Shown here one piece after another: positions 52,521 through 63,299 of a DNA stretch of 64,000 nucleotides (within the stretch, counting starts at the first letter, position 1; every line of letters begins with the position of its first letter). Source of the stretch: an uncultured delta proteobacterium (GTDB lineage Bacteria > Myxococcota > Myxococcia > Myxococcales > Anaeromyxobacteraceae); assembly GCA_963814585.1 (NCBI GenBank), contig CAWFDF010000008.1:160001-224000 (forward strand), written 5' to 3'. A program made the position numbers and the translations under genes. The notes under the pieces were generated by a model. That model saw only the letters and a list, made by a program, of their open reading frames with translations, was not told where the DNA came from and made no database searches.

Positions 52521-55064
52521 TCACGACCCCCGCAGCCACGCCCCCAGCGCCGGCCGCGCCCGCTCGGCCAGCGCGACGTCCTCGGCCAGCCGCTCCAGCG
52601 TCTGGGCCACCGCCGCCTTCACCGGCTCCACCGGCCTGGCGGCGTAGAAGGCCCGCGCCTCCTCGAGCTCTGCCCGGGTGGTGAGCAGCCCGGTCGCCTC
52701 GACCACCCGCCGCCAGAGCATCGGGGCGTTGGCCAGCCTCGAGGTCACCGCCGGCCACTCGGCCCGCAGCCTCGCCCAGGCTGGGCCGCGGGCCGCCGGG
52801 TTGGACAGCAGCCCCGCCGCGAACGACGCCCAGTCCTGCAGCGGCACGCCGTCGCCGAAGAGCAGGGCCAGCGACCGCTCCACCTGCTCGGGGGCCTCGA
52901 AGGCCGCCAGCCCCAGCAGCCATCGCCGGCGCCAGGCCGGATCGACCTCGCGCTCGAAGCGGTCCTTGAAGGCATCCCACCGCGCCGCATCCCCGCCGCG
53001 CGCCGCCAGGGTCACCGCCGCGTCGACCAGGTTGGGCTCCAGCGCGCCCCGGTCGCCACCGGCGAAGCGCCCGACGCGGGCCGAGGCCTCCTCGATCACC
53101 GCCTCGTCGCGCCCCCGCAGGCCCACCGCCCGGAGCAGCGCGGCGCGCCGCAGCCGGTCGACGTCGCCCTCCCCGGCCTGCGCATCCCAGCCGGCCGCCC
53201 GCCAGGCGGCGCCGTACCGATCGCGCACCAGCCTGGAGAACCGCGGCCGGTCGCCGGCCTCCAGCAGCCGGTGGTCGATGGTGCCGAGCCTGGCCACCAG
53301 CTCGTCGAGCACCGCGTGGTCGGTCTCGCCCTCGAAGGCCAGCGCCAGCGCCATCCAGGCCTCGATCGACCTCTCGCCGCAGCGGACCAGCGCCCACTCG
53401 TCGGCCAGCAGCCCGACCCGCTCCGACGGCGCCAGCTCCGCGAGGTTGGCGGCGAGCCGATCGCGCAGCGGCGCCTCGAGGGCGACCCGGTAGAACCCGG
53501 TGGCGCCGGCGTTGGCCACCAGCCAGGCGGGGGGCCCCTCCAGCGACACCGTCGCGGTCCCCTCGCGCAGCACCAGGCGCCGCTCGTGCACCTGCTCGCC
53601 GGCCCCGTAGCGCAGCACCACCGGCACCGGCCAGCGCGCCGCGGGCTCGGCGTCGCCGGGGCGGGAGAAGAAGCGGCGCTGCGTGAGCCGCACGCTGGCG
53701 CCGTCGAGCGTGACCGAGACCAGCGGATAGCCGGGCGAGTCGATCCAGGCCTCGGCCAGCTCCAGCACCGGCTCGCCGGAGGCCTCGCCGAGGGCGCGCC
53801 AGAGATCGGCCGCCACGGCGTTGCCGCGGGCGTGGCGCACCATGTAGCGGCGGATGCCGGCGCGGAAGCGCTCCCGGCCGAGGTAGCCCTCCAGCATCCG
53901 CAGCACCGCCCCGCCCTTCTGGTAGGTGATGAGGTCGAAGGCCTCGGTGGCCTCGGCCACGGTCCGGACCGGGGCGTGGACCGGGTGGGTGGAGCGGAGC
54001 GCGTCGAGCTCCAGCGCCGAGGCCTTCCCCTGGTCGAACTCCAGCCACATCCGCCAGTCCGGCCGCCAGTCGTCCACCACCAGGGCGGCGATCCAGGTGG
54101 CGAAGGCCTCGTTGAGCCAGAGGTCGTCCCACCAGGTCATGGTCACCAGGTTGCCGAACCACTGGTGGGACAGCTCATGGGTCACGACCTCCGCGATCCG
54201 CTTGCGCTGCGCCAGCGAGGCCGTGGCCGGGTCGAGCAGCAGCGCCACCTCGCGGTAGGTGATGAGGCCGGCGTTCTCCATGGCGCCGGCCTCGAACTCG
54301 GGGAGGCCGACCTGGTCGAGCTTGCCGAATGCGTAGGGCAAGCCGAAGTAGTCCTCCAGCCGCGGCAGCGCCGCCCCAGCCACCTCCTGGCCGAAGCCGA
54401 GCAGCGCCGCCTTGTCCGGGCTGCCCCAGGTGCGCGCCGGCACCCCGCGCACCTCGGCGGCGGAGCCGGAGGCCAGCGGCCCCACCACCAGCGCCACCAG
54501 GTAGGTGGGGAGCGGGGGCGTCTCGGCGAAGCGGTGCCGCCGGCGGTCCCCGGCGGCCTCCACCGACTCGACCGCGCCGTTGGAGAGCACCACCGCACTG
54601 GCCGGCGCCTCCACGGTGAGCCGCCACGGCGCCTTGAAGCCGGGCTCGTCGAGGCACGGAAAGACCCGCCGCGCGTCGGCGGCCTCGAACTGGGTCGCCG
54701 CCAGCCCCGGGCCGGCCAGGTAGAGGCCGCGCAGCCCGTCGCAGAAGCGCCCGGTCCAGGCCAGCCGCACCTGCACCGGCCCCGCCCGCAGCGGCCGGGC
54801 GAAGCCCAGCCGCACCGTCTCGCTCACCGCCACCGGCGTCACGGTGGCGGCCTGCTCGGCGCCGCCCGACTCGGCCACGGCGCGCGTCAGCTCGAGCCCG
54901 GTGGCGTGGAGGATCAGCTCCTTCGCGTCGCGCCCCAGCTGGAGGGACAGCGTCAGCTGCCCCTCGAAGCAGCGGCCCTCGACGTCGACCGAGAGGACGG
55001 CGTCGTAGCGGAGCGGGCGAACGTCGAGCGGGAGCCTGAAGGCGGCGTCGGAGATGGGGATCAT
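52521..55064 (-). CDS. M1 family aminopeptidase (PepN/ERAP1-like)
   Basis: TQFEAADARR, GAMEN, HELSHQWFGNLVT...WLNE. Confidence 0.95.
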   Translation of the reverse strand: MIPISDAAFRLPLDVRPLRYDAVLSVDVEGRCFEGQLTLSLQLGRDAKELILHATGLELTRAVAESGGAEQAATVTPVAVSETVRLGFARPLRAGPVQVRLAWTGRFCDGLRGLYLAGPGLAATQFEAADARRVFPCLDEPGFKAPWRLTVEAPASAVVLSNGAVESVEAAGDRRRHRFAETPPLPTYLVALVVGPLASGSAAEVRGVPARTWGSPDKAALLGFGQEVAGAALPRLEDYFGLPYAFGKLDQVGLPEFEAGAMENAGLITYREVALLLDPATASLAQRKRIAEVVTHELSHQWFGNLVTMTWWDDLWLNEAFATWIAALVVDDWRPDWRMWLEFDQGKASALELDALRSTHPVHAPVRTVAEATEAFDLITYQKGGAVLRMLEGYLGRERFRAGIRRYMVRHARGNAVAADLWRALGEASGEPVLELAEAWIDSPGYPLVSVTLDGASVRLTQRRFFSRPGDAEPAARWPVPVVLRYGAGEQVHERRLVLREGTATVSLEGPPAWLVANAGATGFYRVALEAPLRDRLAANLAELAPSERVGLLADEWALVRCGERSIEAWMALALAFEGETDHAVLDELVARLGTIDHRLLEAGDRPRFSRLVRDRYGAAWRAAGWDAQAGEGDVDRLRRAALLRAVGLRGRDEAVIEEASARVGRFAGGDRGALEPNLVDAAVTLAARGGDAARWDAFKDRFEREVDPAWRRRWLLGLAAFEAPEQVERSLALLFGDGVPLQDWASFAAGLLSNPAARGPAWARLRAEWPAVTSRLANAPMLWRRVVEATGLLTTRAELEEARAFYAARPVEPVKAAVAQTLERLAEDVALAERARPALGAWLRGS

Positions 55065-55068
55065 CGGG

Positions 55069-56046
55069 CTACTCCAGGGTCAGGATCTCGGCGCCGTCGT
55101 CCGTCACCAGCACGGTGTGCTCGAACTGGGCCGAGCGGAGCCCGTCGGCGGTGACCGCCGTCCAGCCGTCGCCCCAGATGGCGTCGTCCCAGTGGCCCTC
55201 GGTGATCATCGGCTCGATGGTGAAGGACATCCCCGGCTCCATGACCTGCCGGGCGCGGGGATCGACGTGGTGCGGGATCTGCAGCGCGGTGTGGAAGGTC
55301 TCGCCGATGCCGTGGCCGCAGTAGGAGCGGACCACGCCGAAGCCGGAGGCGGTGGCGTGCGGCTCGATGGCCCGGCCGATGTCGCCGACCGGCCGGCCCG
55401 GCCTGACGGCCGAGATGCCGCGCTCCAGGCACTCCCGCGCCACCCGCACCAGGCGCCTCCCGGCCTCGTCCACCTCGCCGACCAGGAAGGTGGCGGAGCA
55501 GTCACCGTGCATGCCGTCGAGCCAGATGGTGATGTCGAGGTTGACGATGTCGCCGTCGCCGAGCGGCCGGCTGTCGGGGATGCCGTGGCAGATCACCTCG
55601 TTGGGCGACGTGCAGATCGACTTGGGGAAGCCGCGGTAGTTGAGCGGGCTGGGGTAGCCGCCCAGGCGGATGATCTCCTCGTGGCAGACCGCGTCGAGCT
55701 CGTCGGTGGTGACGCCGACGCGGACCGCCTCGCCCCCGATCCGGAGCACCCGGGCGGCGGCCCGGCAGGCACGGCGCAGCCGGACCTGCTCCTCGGGCGA
55801 CTTGACGTCCCGCCCCTGCCCTCTGGGGCGGCCTGTGAGGGCGTAGTCGGGGCGCGGGATGGCCTCCGGGACGGCCCGGGCCGGCGTGACCCGCCCTGGT
55901 CGCAGCGCCGCCCGCCCCGCACGCCGAGCAGGGACGGTGCGGCCGTCCTGGTCGGAGCCGAGGTGGCACTTCTTGTACTTCTGGCCGCTGCCGCACCAGC
56001 AGAGCTCGTTGCGGCCCGGCCTGGCTCCCTGGGCGGGCTCGGTCAT
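55069..56046 (-). CDS. map: methionine aminopeptidase type I with N-terminal SEC-C motif
   Basis: PGRNELCWCGSGQKYKKCH; ICHGIP, DIT...HGD, GHGIG, FTIEPM, SAQFEHT. Confidence 0.95.
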   Translation of the reverse strand: MTEPAQGARPGRNELCWCGSGQKYKKCHLGSDQDGRTVPARRAGRAALRPGRVTPARAVPEAIPRPDYALTGRPRGQGRDVKSPEEQVRLRRACRAAARVLRIGGEAVRVGVTTDELDAVCHEEIIRLGGYPSPLNYRGFPKSICTSPNEVICHGIPDSRPLGDGDIVNLDITIWLDGMHGDCSATFLVGEVDEAGRRLVRVARECLERGISAVRPGRPVGDIGRAIEPHATASGFGVVRSYCGHGIGETFHTALQIPHHVDPRARQVMEPGMSFTIEPMITEGHWDDAIWGDGWTAVTADGLRSAQFEHTVLVTDDGAEILTLE

Positions 56047-56093
56047 GACAGGGGTTTATGGCCGGACGGCCCGCGGGGCAAGGCGATGACCCC

Positions 56094-58313
56094 TCAGGCC
56101 GCGCGGCTCCCGCTCAGGCGGATGAGCTCGGCCAGCACGCCGCCGGCGGTGAGCGGGCCACCCACGCCCGCGCCCTGGACCAGCAGCGGCCGCTCGGCAT
56201 GGCGGGCGGTGGTGAAGGCCACGAAGGCCTCGACGCCGACCAGCCTCGCCGCCGGGTGGTTGGCGTCGACCGCCCGGGGCCCGACCCGTATCGAGGCCCG
56301 GCCGCCGGGCCCCGGCTCGATGGTCACGAGGTAGCGCAGGGCCTTCCCCTCCCCGCGCAGCCGCTCCACCTCGGCGGCCAGCACCGCGTCGTGCCGGCGC
56401 AGCGAGGCGATCAGCTCGACCGGCGTGAGCAGGTTGGGGGGGAGGAACGGCTCGACCACCACGTCGGCCAGCTCCACGTCGAGGCCCGCCTCCCTCGCCA
56501 GGATGAGCGCCTTCCGGGCCGAGTCGAGGCCGGAGAGATCGTCCCGGGCGTCGGCCTCGGTGTATCCGAGCCCCACCGCCCAGCGGGTCGCCATGGAGAG
56601 CGGCACGCCCTTCTGCACCTCGCTGGCGAGGTAGCCCAGGGTCCCGGACAGCGCCCCCTCGATCCGGAGGATCCGGTCACCGGCCTGCACCAGCTTGCGC
56701 AGGGTGTCGAGCACCGGGAGGCTGGCGCCCACCGCGGTGTCGTAGGCGAAGTGGCGGTGGTGCTGCCGGCGGGCCTCGCGCAGCTCCCGCGCCCGCCTCG
56801 CCGGCGCCGCCAGCGGGAGCTTGTTGGCCGCGATGACGTCGATGCCGCGCCGGAAGGCCTGCTGGTAGATCTCGTCCATCCCCTCGGCCGCGGTCAGGTC
56901 GATCAGCACCGGGTGCGGCAGCCTCGCCAGCCGGTCGAGCAGCGCCGGCGCCCGGGCGGCGTCGACGGGCCCGGTCTCGGGGGCCTCCGCCAGCCTTTCC
57001 CTCCACGCCGCCAGCTCCACGCCGCGCTCGTCGAACAGCGTGGCGCGCCGGTCGGCCACCCCGGCCAGGCGGAGCACCAGGTCGTGATCGGCCTCGAGCG
57101 AGCCGCGCAGCGCCGCCAGCTGGTCGAGGAGCGCCCCCCCCACCTTCCCCTTTCCCAGCACCAGCAGCGACATCCCCTTCCCGGCGTAGGCCCGCTCCAC
57201 GGCGTCGCCACTGGCCGCCTGTGCCGTCCGGCCGCGGAACTCGGCCACCAGGTCGGAGAGCCGATCGACGTCGATGAGGAAGGCGTCGTGGCCGTGCGGC
57301 GAGTCCATCACCGCGAGCCGGGCCCCGGGCACCAGCCGCGCCACCTCGCGCTGCTCGGCCGGCCAGTAGAGGATGTCGGAGTCGATGGCCACCACCAGGG
57401 TGCGGGGACGGACGCCGCGCAGCACCTCGTCGAAGTCGCCGCGCCCGCGGCTGACGTCATGGGTGTCCATGGCCCGGGTCAGCGTCACGTAGCTGGCCGG
57501 GTCGAAGCGGTCGACCAGCGCCCGCCCCTGGTGGTGCAGGTAGCTCTCGATGGCGAACTGGCCGGCCGACTGCGAGCGCCGGCCGAACCGCTCCTCGAAG
57601 GACGGGAAGCTCCGGTAGGAGAGCATCGCCATCATGCGGGCGGCGGAGAGGCCGGCGCTGGGTGGATCGGCCGCGTCGTAGTCGCCGCCGCGCCAGCGCG
57701 GGTCGGCGAAGATGGCCTGGCGCTGGGCCTCCCCCAGGCCGATGGCCCAGGCCGAGTGTCGCGCGGTGGAGGCGATGAAGACCTGGGCCTCGACCAGCTC
57801 CGGGTGGAGCAGGCCCCACTCCAGCACCTGCATGCCTCCCAGCGAGCCGCCGATCACCAGCTTGATCCGCTTCACCCCCAGCGCCACCGCCAGCCGGTGC
57901 TGGACGCCGATCATGTCCCGGACGGTGATGGCGGGGAAGGCGCCGTGCCAGGGGCGGCCGGTGGCGGGATCGGGATCGGCCGGGCCGGTGGTGCCGTAGC
58001 AGCTGCCGAGGATGTTGGAGCAGAGGATGAAGTCGCGCGCCGGATCGAGCGCCCGCCCCGGCCCGAACATGCGCGTCCACCAGCGGTCGGCGTCCGCCGA
58101 GCCGGTCAGGGCGTGGCAGATGACCACCGCGTTGGCGCCGTCGGCGTCGAGCTCGCCCCAGCTCCGCCAGGCCACCCGGACGGCGGGGAGCGTGCCGCCC
58201 AGCTCCAGCGGGAATGGACCCGGGAGCTCGAGGACGCGGGTCTCCGGGGCGGCGAAGCCGGCTCGTCCGGCGCCGGGGGCCGGGCGACCGGCGCTGGTGG
58301 ACGTGTCCGTCAT
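56094..58313 (-). CDS. metX: homoserine O-acetyltransferase MetX fused to homoserine dehydrogenase
   Basis: HALTG, GGSLGG, DSDILY, HGHDAF; then [41 protein letters not shown]. Confidence 0.9.
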   Translation of the reverse strand: MTDTSTSAGRPAPGAGRAGFAAPETRVLELPGPFPLELGGTLPAVRVAWRSWGELDADGANAVVICHALTGSADADRWWTRMFGPGRALDPARDFILCSNILGSCYGTTGPADPDPATGRPWHGAFPAITVRDMIGVQHRLAVALGVKRIKLVIGGSLGGMQVLEWGLLHPELVEAQVFIASTARHSAWAIGLGEAQRQAIFADPRWRGGDYDAADPPSAGLSAARMMAMLSYRSFPSFEERFGRRSQSAGQFAIESYLHHQGRALVDRFDPASYVTLTRAMDTHDVSRGRGDFDEVLRGVRPRTLVVAIDSDILYWPAEQREVARLVPGARLAVMDSPHGHDAFLIDVDRLSDLVAEFRGRTAQAASGDAVERAYAGKGMSLLVLGKGKVGGALLDQLAALRGSLEADHDLVLRLAGVADRRATLFDERGVELAAWRERLAEAPETGPVDAARAPALLDRLARLPHPVLIDLTAAEGMDEIYQQAFRRGIDVIAANKLPLAAPARRARELREARRQHHRHFAYDTAVGASLPVLDTLRKLVQAGDRILRIEGALSGTLGYLASEVQKGVPLSMATRWAVGLGYTEADARDDLSGLDSARKALILAREAGLDVELADVVVEPFLPPNLLTPVELIASLRRHDAVLAAEVERLRGEGKALRYLVTIEPGPGGRASIRVGPRAVDANHPAARLVGVEAFVAFTTARHAERPLLVQGAGVGGPLTAGGVLAELIRLSGSRAA

Positions 58314-58328
58314 AGTGGAGGCGCGGCG

Positions 58329-58358
58329 AAGATAACGGCGCCTCGCCAGGGGTGTCAA
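58329..58358 (-). promoter_or_regulatory. putative sigma70 promoter of metX-hom
   Basis: Minus strand TTGACA-N18-TATCTT immediately upstream of ATG 58313. Confidence 0.45.
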
Positions 58359-58873
58359 GAACGGGCGCCGACCCCCCGCCGAGCGGGCTTCCGGCGGACG
58401 AAGCGGGCCACCAGGAGGTCGGCCAGCCCGGCGAGCCGGTCCGCGTCGAAGCGCGGCAGCGCCCGCGGCGGCGCCTCGTCGCTCACCACCGCGAAGACGC
58501 GTCGATCGGTGGCGCACAGGAAGGCCCGGGCCACGCCGCGCCGGTGGACCTCGATCCGGGGCAGCGGCTCTCCCCGCCACCCCTCCGCGAGCACCAGGTC
58601 GCAGGCCGGCAGCAACCGGGCCAGCGCTCGCGCTCCACCGGCCGGCGGCCCGAAGAGGGCCATCCCGCGCGGACCCTCGATGGCCGCGGCCACGGCCCCG
58701 GCGCGCCGGAGCACCTCGGTGTCCTTGCCTGGTGCGTCGAAGGCGTGGAGGTGGCCCGTGTGCTTGATGACCGCCACGCTCACGCCGCGGCGGCGCAGCA
58801 ACGGGATGAGCCGCAGCAGCGCCCTGGTCTTCCCGGCGCCACTCGGGCCCGTGACCGCCACGATGGGCGTCAC
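58355..58873 (-). CDS. mobB: molybdopterin-guanine dinucleotide biosynthesis protein B
   Basis: [40 protein letters not shown]. Confidence 0.88.
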   Translation of the reverse strand: MTPIVAVTGPSGAGKTRALLRLIPLLRRRGVSVAVIKHTGHLHAFDAPGKDTEVLRRAGAVAAAIEGPRGMALFGPPAGGARALARLLPACDLVLAEGWRGEPLPRIEVHRRGVARAFLCATDRRVFAVVSDEAPPRALPRFDADRLAGLADLLVARFVRRKPARRGVGARS

Positions 58874-59072
58874 CGCGCGTCGTCGAGCAGCCACGCCGTC
58901 ACCTCCTCGCCGCCATCCGGACGCTCTCGACGGGCCTCGTCCCACCGCGAGAGCGGACCCGGTCGCCGGTGATCTCGAACGCCTCCGGTGGGACCTCCTC
59001 CGAAGGGCGTGGGGACGGCGTCGCGATGAGCTGGTCGCGGATCGCGAGGAGCCGCTTCACGGGGCCAATCAT
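58870..59072 (-). CDS. small hypothetical protein, probable frameshift near 58960
   Basis: [19 protein letters not shown]...EAFEITGD; the alternative frame [28 protein letters not shown] ends in a TGA overlapping the mobB GTG. Confidence 0.4.
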
Positions 59073-59123
59073 GCCACGCGGTCGGCGGCCTGCCGGACCC
59101 GCAATGATTGCGCCTGGGTAGGC

Positions 59124-59161
59124 TTGATCCGGGGCAAGGCGCAACCGGTGCACCAGATCAA
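59124..59161. promoter_or_regulatory. two Fnr-like boxes in the divergent intergenic region
   Basis: TTGAT-CCGG-GGCAA (59124-59137) and GTGCA-CCAG-ATCAA (59148-59161). Confidence 0.45.
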
Positions 59162-59247
59162 GTGGATTCCTTTTAACATTTCACGGGCCTACCTCATGCA
59201 AAGAGAGTACGGTCAAGTCGCTCAGGATCTTCTTCCCAGGAGTTGCC

Positions 59248-59919
59248 ATGCTCTCGAAGCAACCGGTCACCGACTGCAGCTGCTGCAGCTTCGGCATCGC
59301 CTCCCAGATGAGCACTCCCCAGGGGAAGTGCCGGCTCACCCCGGCGACCAGGGAGCCGGGCTCCACCATCTGCGCCCAGGGGGAGCGCCCCCGGACCGTC
59401 TTCTTCGTGAAGGAGGGGGTGGTCGCCCTCTCGTCCGTCAGCCCGAAGGGGGCCGAGCTGGCCCTGACGCTGCGCGGGCCCACCGCGCTGCTGTGCACCG
59501 AGGCGCTCCAGGGCGAGGCCTCGCCGTTCGAGGTCCGAGCGCTCTCCCGGGTGCGGCTCTGCGGGATCAGCGGCGAGGCCCTCTCCCAGTGGGTCGGCCC
59601 GGAGAAGGGCGCCTCGCGCGTGGTGCTGGAGCTGCTCCTCACCGAGGCGCGCCAGCAGCGCGACGAGGTCAACTGGCGGCAGGGGGATTGCCTCGCCCGC
59701 GTGGCGCGGTTCGCGCTGGCGCACGCCCGCTTCCTCGCCGATCGGCCCAACGCCGTGAGGAAGCAGGTGGTGGCGCGGTTGCTCGGCATGCGGCCGGAGA
59801 CCCTCTCCCGCTGCCTGACCCGGCTCGAGGCGGAAGGGCTGATCGACGCCTCTCGCGGCGTCCGCGTCCTCGACGCCGGCCGGCTGGCGACGGTGGCGGC
59901 CGAGGAGCAGGCGGCGTAG
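59248..59919 (+). CDS. Crp/Fnr family transcriptional regulator with Cys-rich N-terminus
   Basis: DCSCC...KC, QGE...FFVKEGVV cNMP-type domain, [13 protein letters not shown]. Confidence 0.88.
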   Translation: MLSKQPVTDCSCCSFGIASQMSTPQGKCRLTPATREPGSTICAQGERPRTVFFVKEGVVALSSVSPKGAELALTLRGPTALLCTEALQGEASPFEVRALSRVRLCGISGEALSQWVGPEKGASRVVLELLLTEARQQRDEVNWRQGDCLARVARFALAHARFLADRPNAVRKQVVARLLGMRPETLSRCLTRLEAEGLIDASRGVRVLDAGRLATVAAEEQAA

Positions 59920-59990
59920 GCTCGAGCGGAAGACAGCCTCGGCGGTTCTGGTGTAGAAAGGCCACCGACGCGGTCCACGGGAGCAGCCAC

Positions 59991-60182
59991 ATGTTCGGTC
60001 TCAGAATGCCGGAGCTGCTGATCATCGGGTTCATCCTGGTGCTGCTGTTCGGCGCCAGCAAGCTGCCGGCCCTCGGGGCCGGGCTGGGCCAGGGGATCCG
60101 CAGCTTCAAGAAGTCGTTCGGCGGCGATGACGAGAAGGACAAGAAGGACCCGCCCGCCAGCGAGCCGCCCGCCAAGGCCTAG
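59991..60182 (+). CDS. tatA: twin-arginine translocase TatA/E
   Basis: [30 protein letters not shown]. Confidence 0.93.
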   Translation: MFGLRMPELLIIGFILVLLFGASKLPALGAGLGQGIRSFKKSFGGDDEKDKKDPPASEPPAKA

Positions 60183-60297
60183 GGCCGCGCCCATGGCAAG
60201 ATGCCTGCAGCGAGAGCCGGTCCTCTCGCTGCGGCAGGCGGCCTCGTCGGGCTGCCTCGGTTGACTCCCGGCCCCACGCTCCATAGATCTGCACGCC

Positions 60298-61434
60298 ATG
60301 CCGGCGAAGGTCTTCCACGAGCTGCAGCGCTACGTCCAGTTCGGAGAGGACGAGGAGCGCCGGCTCCGCGCCCTCCACCGGCTGGTGGCGCCGTCGTTCC
60401 AGGAGGTCGCCGAGGCCTTCTACGCCCGCATCCTCATGCACGAGGAGGCCACCCGCGTCCTGCAGGGCGGCGAGAGCCACGTCGGGCGCCTCAAGGGGAC
60501 GCTGGTGGCCTGGCTCGACACCATGCTGCTCGGCCCGTGGGATGACGCCTACTGGGAGCACCGCAAGCGGATCGGCCAGGTGCACGTCCGCATCGGGATG
60601 CCCCAGCACCTCATGTTCGGCGCCATGAACGTGGTCCGCGGCGAGCTCGACCGCCTGGCCGTGGCGCGGCTCCCGGCCGGGCCCGAGCTGGAGGCCACCC
60701 GCGCCGCCGTCGGGAAGATCCTCAATCTCGAGCTGGCGGTCATGCTCCACACCTATCGCGACGACCTGCTCGCCCAGCAGGCCCGCGTCGAGCGGCTCAG
60801 CACCTTCGGGCAGCTGGTGGCCTCCATCGGCCACGACCTGCGCAACCCGCTCGGCGTCATCGAGAGCTCGCTCTTCATCCTGCGGGGCCGCCTCGGCGAG
60901 GACGAGAGGGCCAGGAAGCACGCCGACCGGATCGGAGAGCAGGTCGACATCGCCAACGGGATCATCACCAACCTGCTCGACATGGTCCGCAACAAGCCGC
61001 TGGCCCGCGAGCCGGTGCAGCTCGCCGAGGTGGTCGAGGCGGCGCGCCGGGCCCTCACCTGGCCCGCCGCGGTGAAGGTGGAGCTGGCCGGGCTCTCCGG
61101 GCTGCCGGCCGTGGAGGGCGATGCCGGGCAGCTGCGCCAGGTGCTGGTCAACCTGCTGGAGAACGCGCTCCACGCCGCGTCGCCCGCCGGGACGGTCACG
61201 GTGAGGGGCCGGCAGGAGCCCGGCGTGCTGGCGGTGGACGTCGACGACACCGGGCCGGGCGTCGATCCGGCCACGCGGCGGCGGCTCTTCGAGCCGCTCA
61301 TCACCACCAAGGCCCGGGGCGTCGGCCTCGGCCTGGCGCTCTGCAAGCGGATCGCCGAGCGGCACGGCGGCGACATCTCCTACGCCGATCGCGAGGGCGG
61401 CGGAGCCCGCTTCACGCTGCGCCTCCCGGCCTGA
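60298..61434 (+). CDS. globin-coupled sensor histidine kinase (AfGcHK-like)
   Basis: Protoglobin domain (FY B10, IGQVH F8), H-box GHDLRNP, NLLENA, DDTGPG, GVGLGL. Confidence 0.92.
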   Translation: MPAKVFHELQRYVQFGEDEERRLRALHRLVAPSFQEVAEAFYARILMHEEATRVLQGGESHVGRLKGTLVAWLDTMLLGPWDDAYWEHRKRIGQVHVRIGMPQHLMFGAMNVVRGELDRLAVARLPAGPELEATRAAVGKILNLELAVMLHTYRDDLLAQQARVERLSTFGQLVASIGHDLRNPLGVIESSLFILRGRLGEDERARKHADRIGEQVDIANGIITNLLDMVRNKPLAREPVQLAEVVEAARRALTWPAAVKVELAGLSGLPAVEGDAGQLRQVLVNLLENALHAASPAGTVTVRGRQEPGVLAVDVDDTGPGVDPATRRRLFEPLITTKARGVGLGLALCKRIAERHGGDISYADREGGGARFTLRLPA

Positions 61435-61449
61435 GCGCCCTCCCCGCCC

Positions 61450-62160
61450 ATGCGCCGCTACCTGATCGTCGACGACAACCTCGAGTTCGCCGAGAACCTC
61501 GCCGAGATCCTCCGCGACCTGGGGGCCGAGGCGGACCTCGCCGGGAGCGGCGCCGAGGCGCTGGGCCTGGTGGAGCGGGGCCGCTACCACGCGCTGCTCA
61601 CCGACATGCGGATGCCGGGGATGGGCGGCGCCGAGGTGGTCCACGAGGTGCGGCACCTCGATCCCGGGCTGGCGGCCCTGGTGGTCACTGCCCACGTCGC
61701 CGACGACGCGCTGGAGGCGGCGCGGCGCGAGGGACTGCTGGCGGTCCTCGCCAAGCCGGTGCCGATCGGGCCGCTGCTCGAGCTGCTCGGCGCGGCCCGG
61801 CGCGACGGCCTGGTGGCGGTCATCGAGGACGACCAGCGGCTCTCCGACAACCTCTGCGAGGTCCTCAGGAGCCGCGGGTTCGCCGCCGTCACCGCCGCCT
61901 CGGTGCTGGAGACCCAGCGGCTCGGCCCGGTGCGGCCGTTCTGCGCGCTGGTCGACCTGCGCGTGCCCGGCGGCCCCGACGGCGAGGCCATGCGCCGGCT
62001 CGGGGAGCGGTACCCGGGCCTGCCCATGCTGATCATGACGGGCGTCCACGACGGGCCGGTCCCGGGCACGCCGGCCTTCTTCAAGAAGCCGTTCGACACC
62101 GCCGCGCTGCTGGCCGCCGTCGAGCGCCTCCACGCCTCGCAGCCAGGGGCACCGCCGTGA
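61450..62160 (+). CDS. response regulator with two receiver domains
   Basis: IVDD...TDMRMP...KP; then VIEDD...VDLRVP...KPF. Confidence 0.9.
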   Translation: MRRYLIVDDNLEFAENLAEILRDLGAEADLAGSGAEALGLVERGRYHALLTDMRMPGMGGAEVVHEVRHLDPGLAALVVTAHVADDALEAARREGLLAVLAKPVPIGPLLELLGAARRDGLVAVIEDDQRLSDNLCEVLRSRGFAAVTAASVLETQRLGPVRPFCALVDLRVPGGPDGEAMRRLGERYPGLPMLIMTGVHDGPVPGTPAFFKKPFDTAALLAAVERLHASQPGAPP

Positions 62161-63290
62161 TCGAGCCCTCCCCGCGCCGGCCGCGAGTCCTGCTGGTCGA
62201 CGACAACTCCCCGCTGGTGGAGAACCTGCGCGAGATCCTCGAGGAGGCCGGCTACGCGGTCCACTCGGCCGGGTCCTGTGCCGGCGCGCTGCCGCTGGCC
62301 GCCGAGGGGTTCGACGTGGCGCTGGTGGACCTGAAGCTCCCCGACGGGGACGGCACCGCGCTGGCGCCCCGGCTCAAGGAGCTGAGCCCGACCGGCGAGG
62401 TGGTGCTGCTGACCGGCTTCGCCACCCTGGAGTCGGCGGTGGCGGCGGTGCGGGCCGGCGCCTGCGCCTACCTGGTGAAACCGTGCGCCACCCAGGAGCT
62501 GCTGGTGACCGTGGAGCAGGCCATGCGGCAGGTGCGGCTGCACGGCGAGAAGCAGGCGCTGGCCCACAAGGCCCAGATGGCCGAGAAGCTGGCCGCCGTC
62601 GGCACCATGACGGCCGGCCTCTCCCACGAGATCCGCAACCCGCTCAACGCCGCCCTCCTGCAGCTCACCGTGCTGGAGCGGCGCATCCAGCGCCTGGCGG
62701 CCGACCTGCATCCTCCCCTGCTCGAGCCGCTGGTGCTGGTGAAGGACGAGATCCGGCGGCTCGACCACATCCTCGAGGACTTCCTGCAGTTCGCCCGGCC
62801 GCGCGTGTTCGTGCCCCGGCCGGTCGACCTGTGCCAGGTGGTCTCCCGGGTGCTCGACCTGCTCTCGGGCGAGGCCGAGCGGCGCGCCATCCGCCTGGTG
62901 CGGGAGCTCGCGCCCAATCCGGGGGGCACCCGCGTGGCCGGGGAGGAGGAGCGCCTCCGCCAGGTGCTGGTCAACCTCACCATCAACGCCATGGAGGCGA
63001 CCCCCGAGGGCGGCCAGGTGCGGGTGCGCTGCCTGCCCGAGGCGCCGGACCCGGCGCTGGGCGAGCGCGGCACCAGCGTGGTGGTGGCCATCGAGGACTC
63101 CGGCCCGGGCGTCCCGGCGGCCCTGCGCGACCGGATCTTCGAGCCCTTCTTCACCACCAAGGCCAAGGGCTCCGGGCTGGGACTCTCAATCGTCCACGCC
63201 ATCGTGTCGCAGCACGGCGGGACCATCTCGGTGGAGGACGCCCCGGGAGGCGGGGCCCGCTGCCAGCTTCGCCTTCCGCGGCTCGGCTGA
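62157..63290 (+). CDS. hybrid REC-histidine kinase
   Basis: LLVDD...VDLKLP...VKP; SHEIRNP, NLTINA, EDSGPG, GSGLGL. Confidence 0.92.
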   Translation: MIEPSPRRPRVLLVDDNSPLVENLREILEEAGYAVHSAGSCAGALPLAAEGFDVALVDLKLPDGDGTALAPRLKELSPTGEVVLLTGFATLESAVAAVRAGACAYLVKPCATQELLVTVEQAMRQVRLHGEKQALAHKAQMAEKLAAVGTMTAGLSHEIRNPLNAALLQLTVLERRIQRLAADLHPPLLEPLVLVKDEIRRLDHILEDFLQFARPRVFVPRPVDLCQVVSRVLDLLSGEAERRAIRLVRELAPNPGGTRVAGEEERLRQVLVNLTINAMEATPEGGQVRVRCLPEAPDPALGERGTSVVVAIEDSGPGVPAALRDRIFEPFFTTKAKGSGLGLSIVHAIVSQHGGTISVEDAPGGGARCQLRLPRLG

Positions 63291-63299
63291 GCGGCCGGC

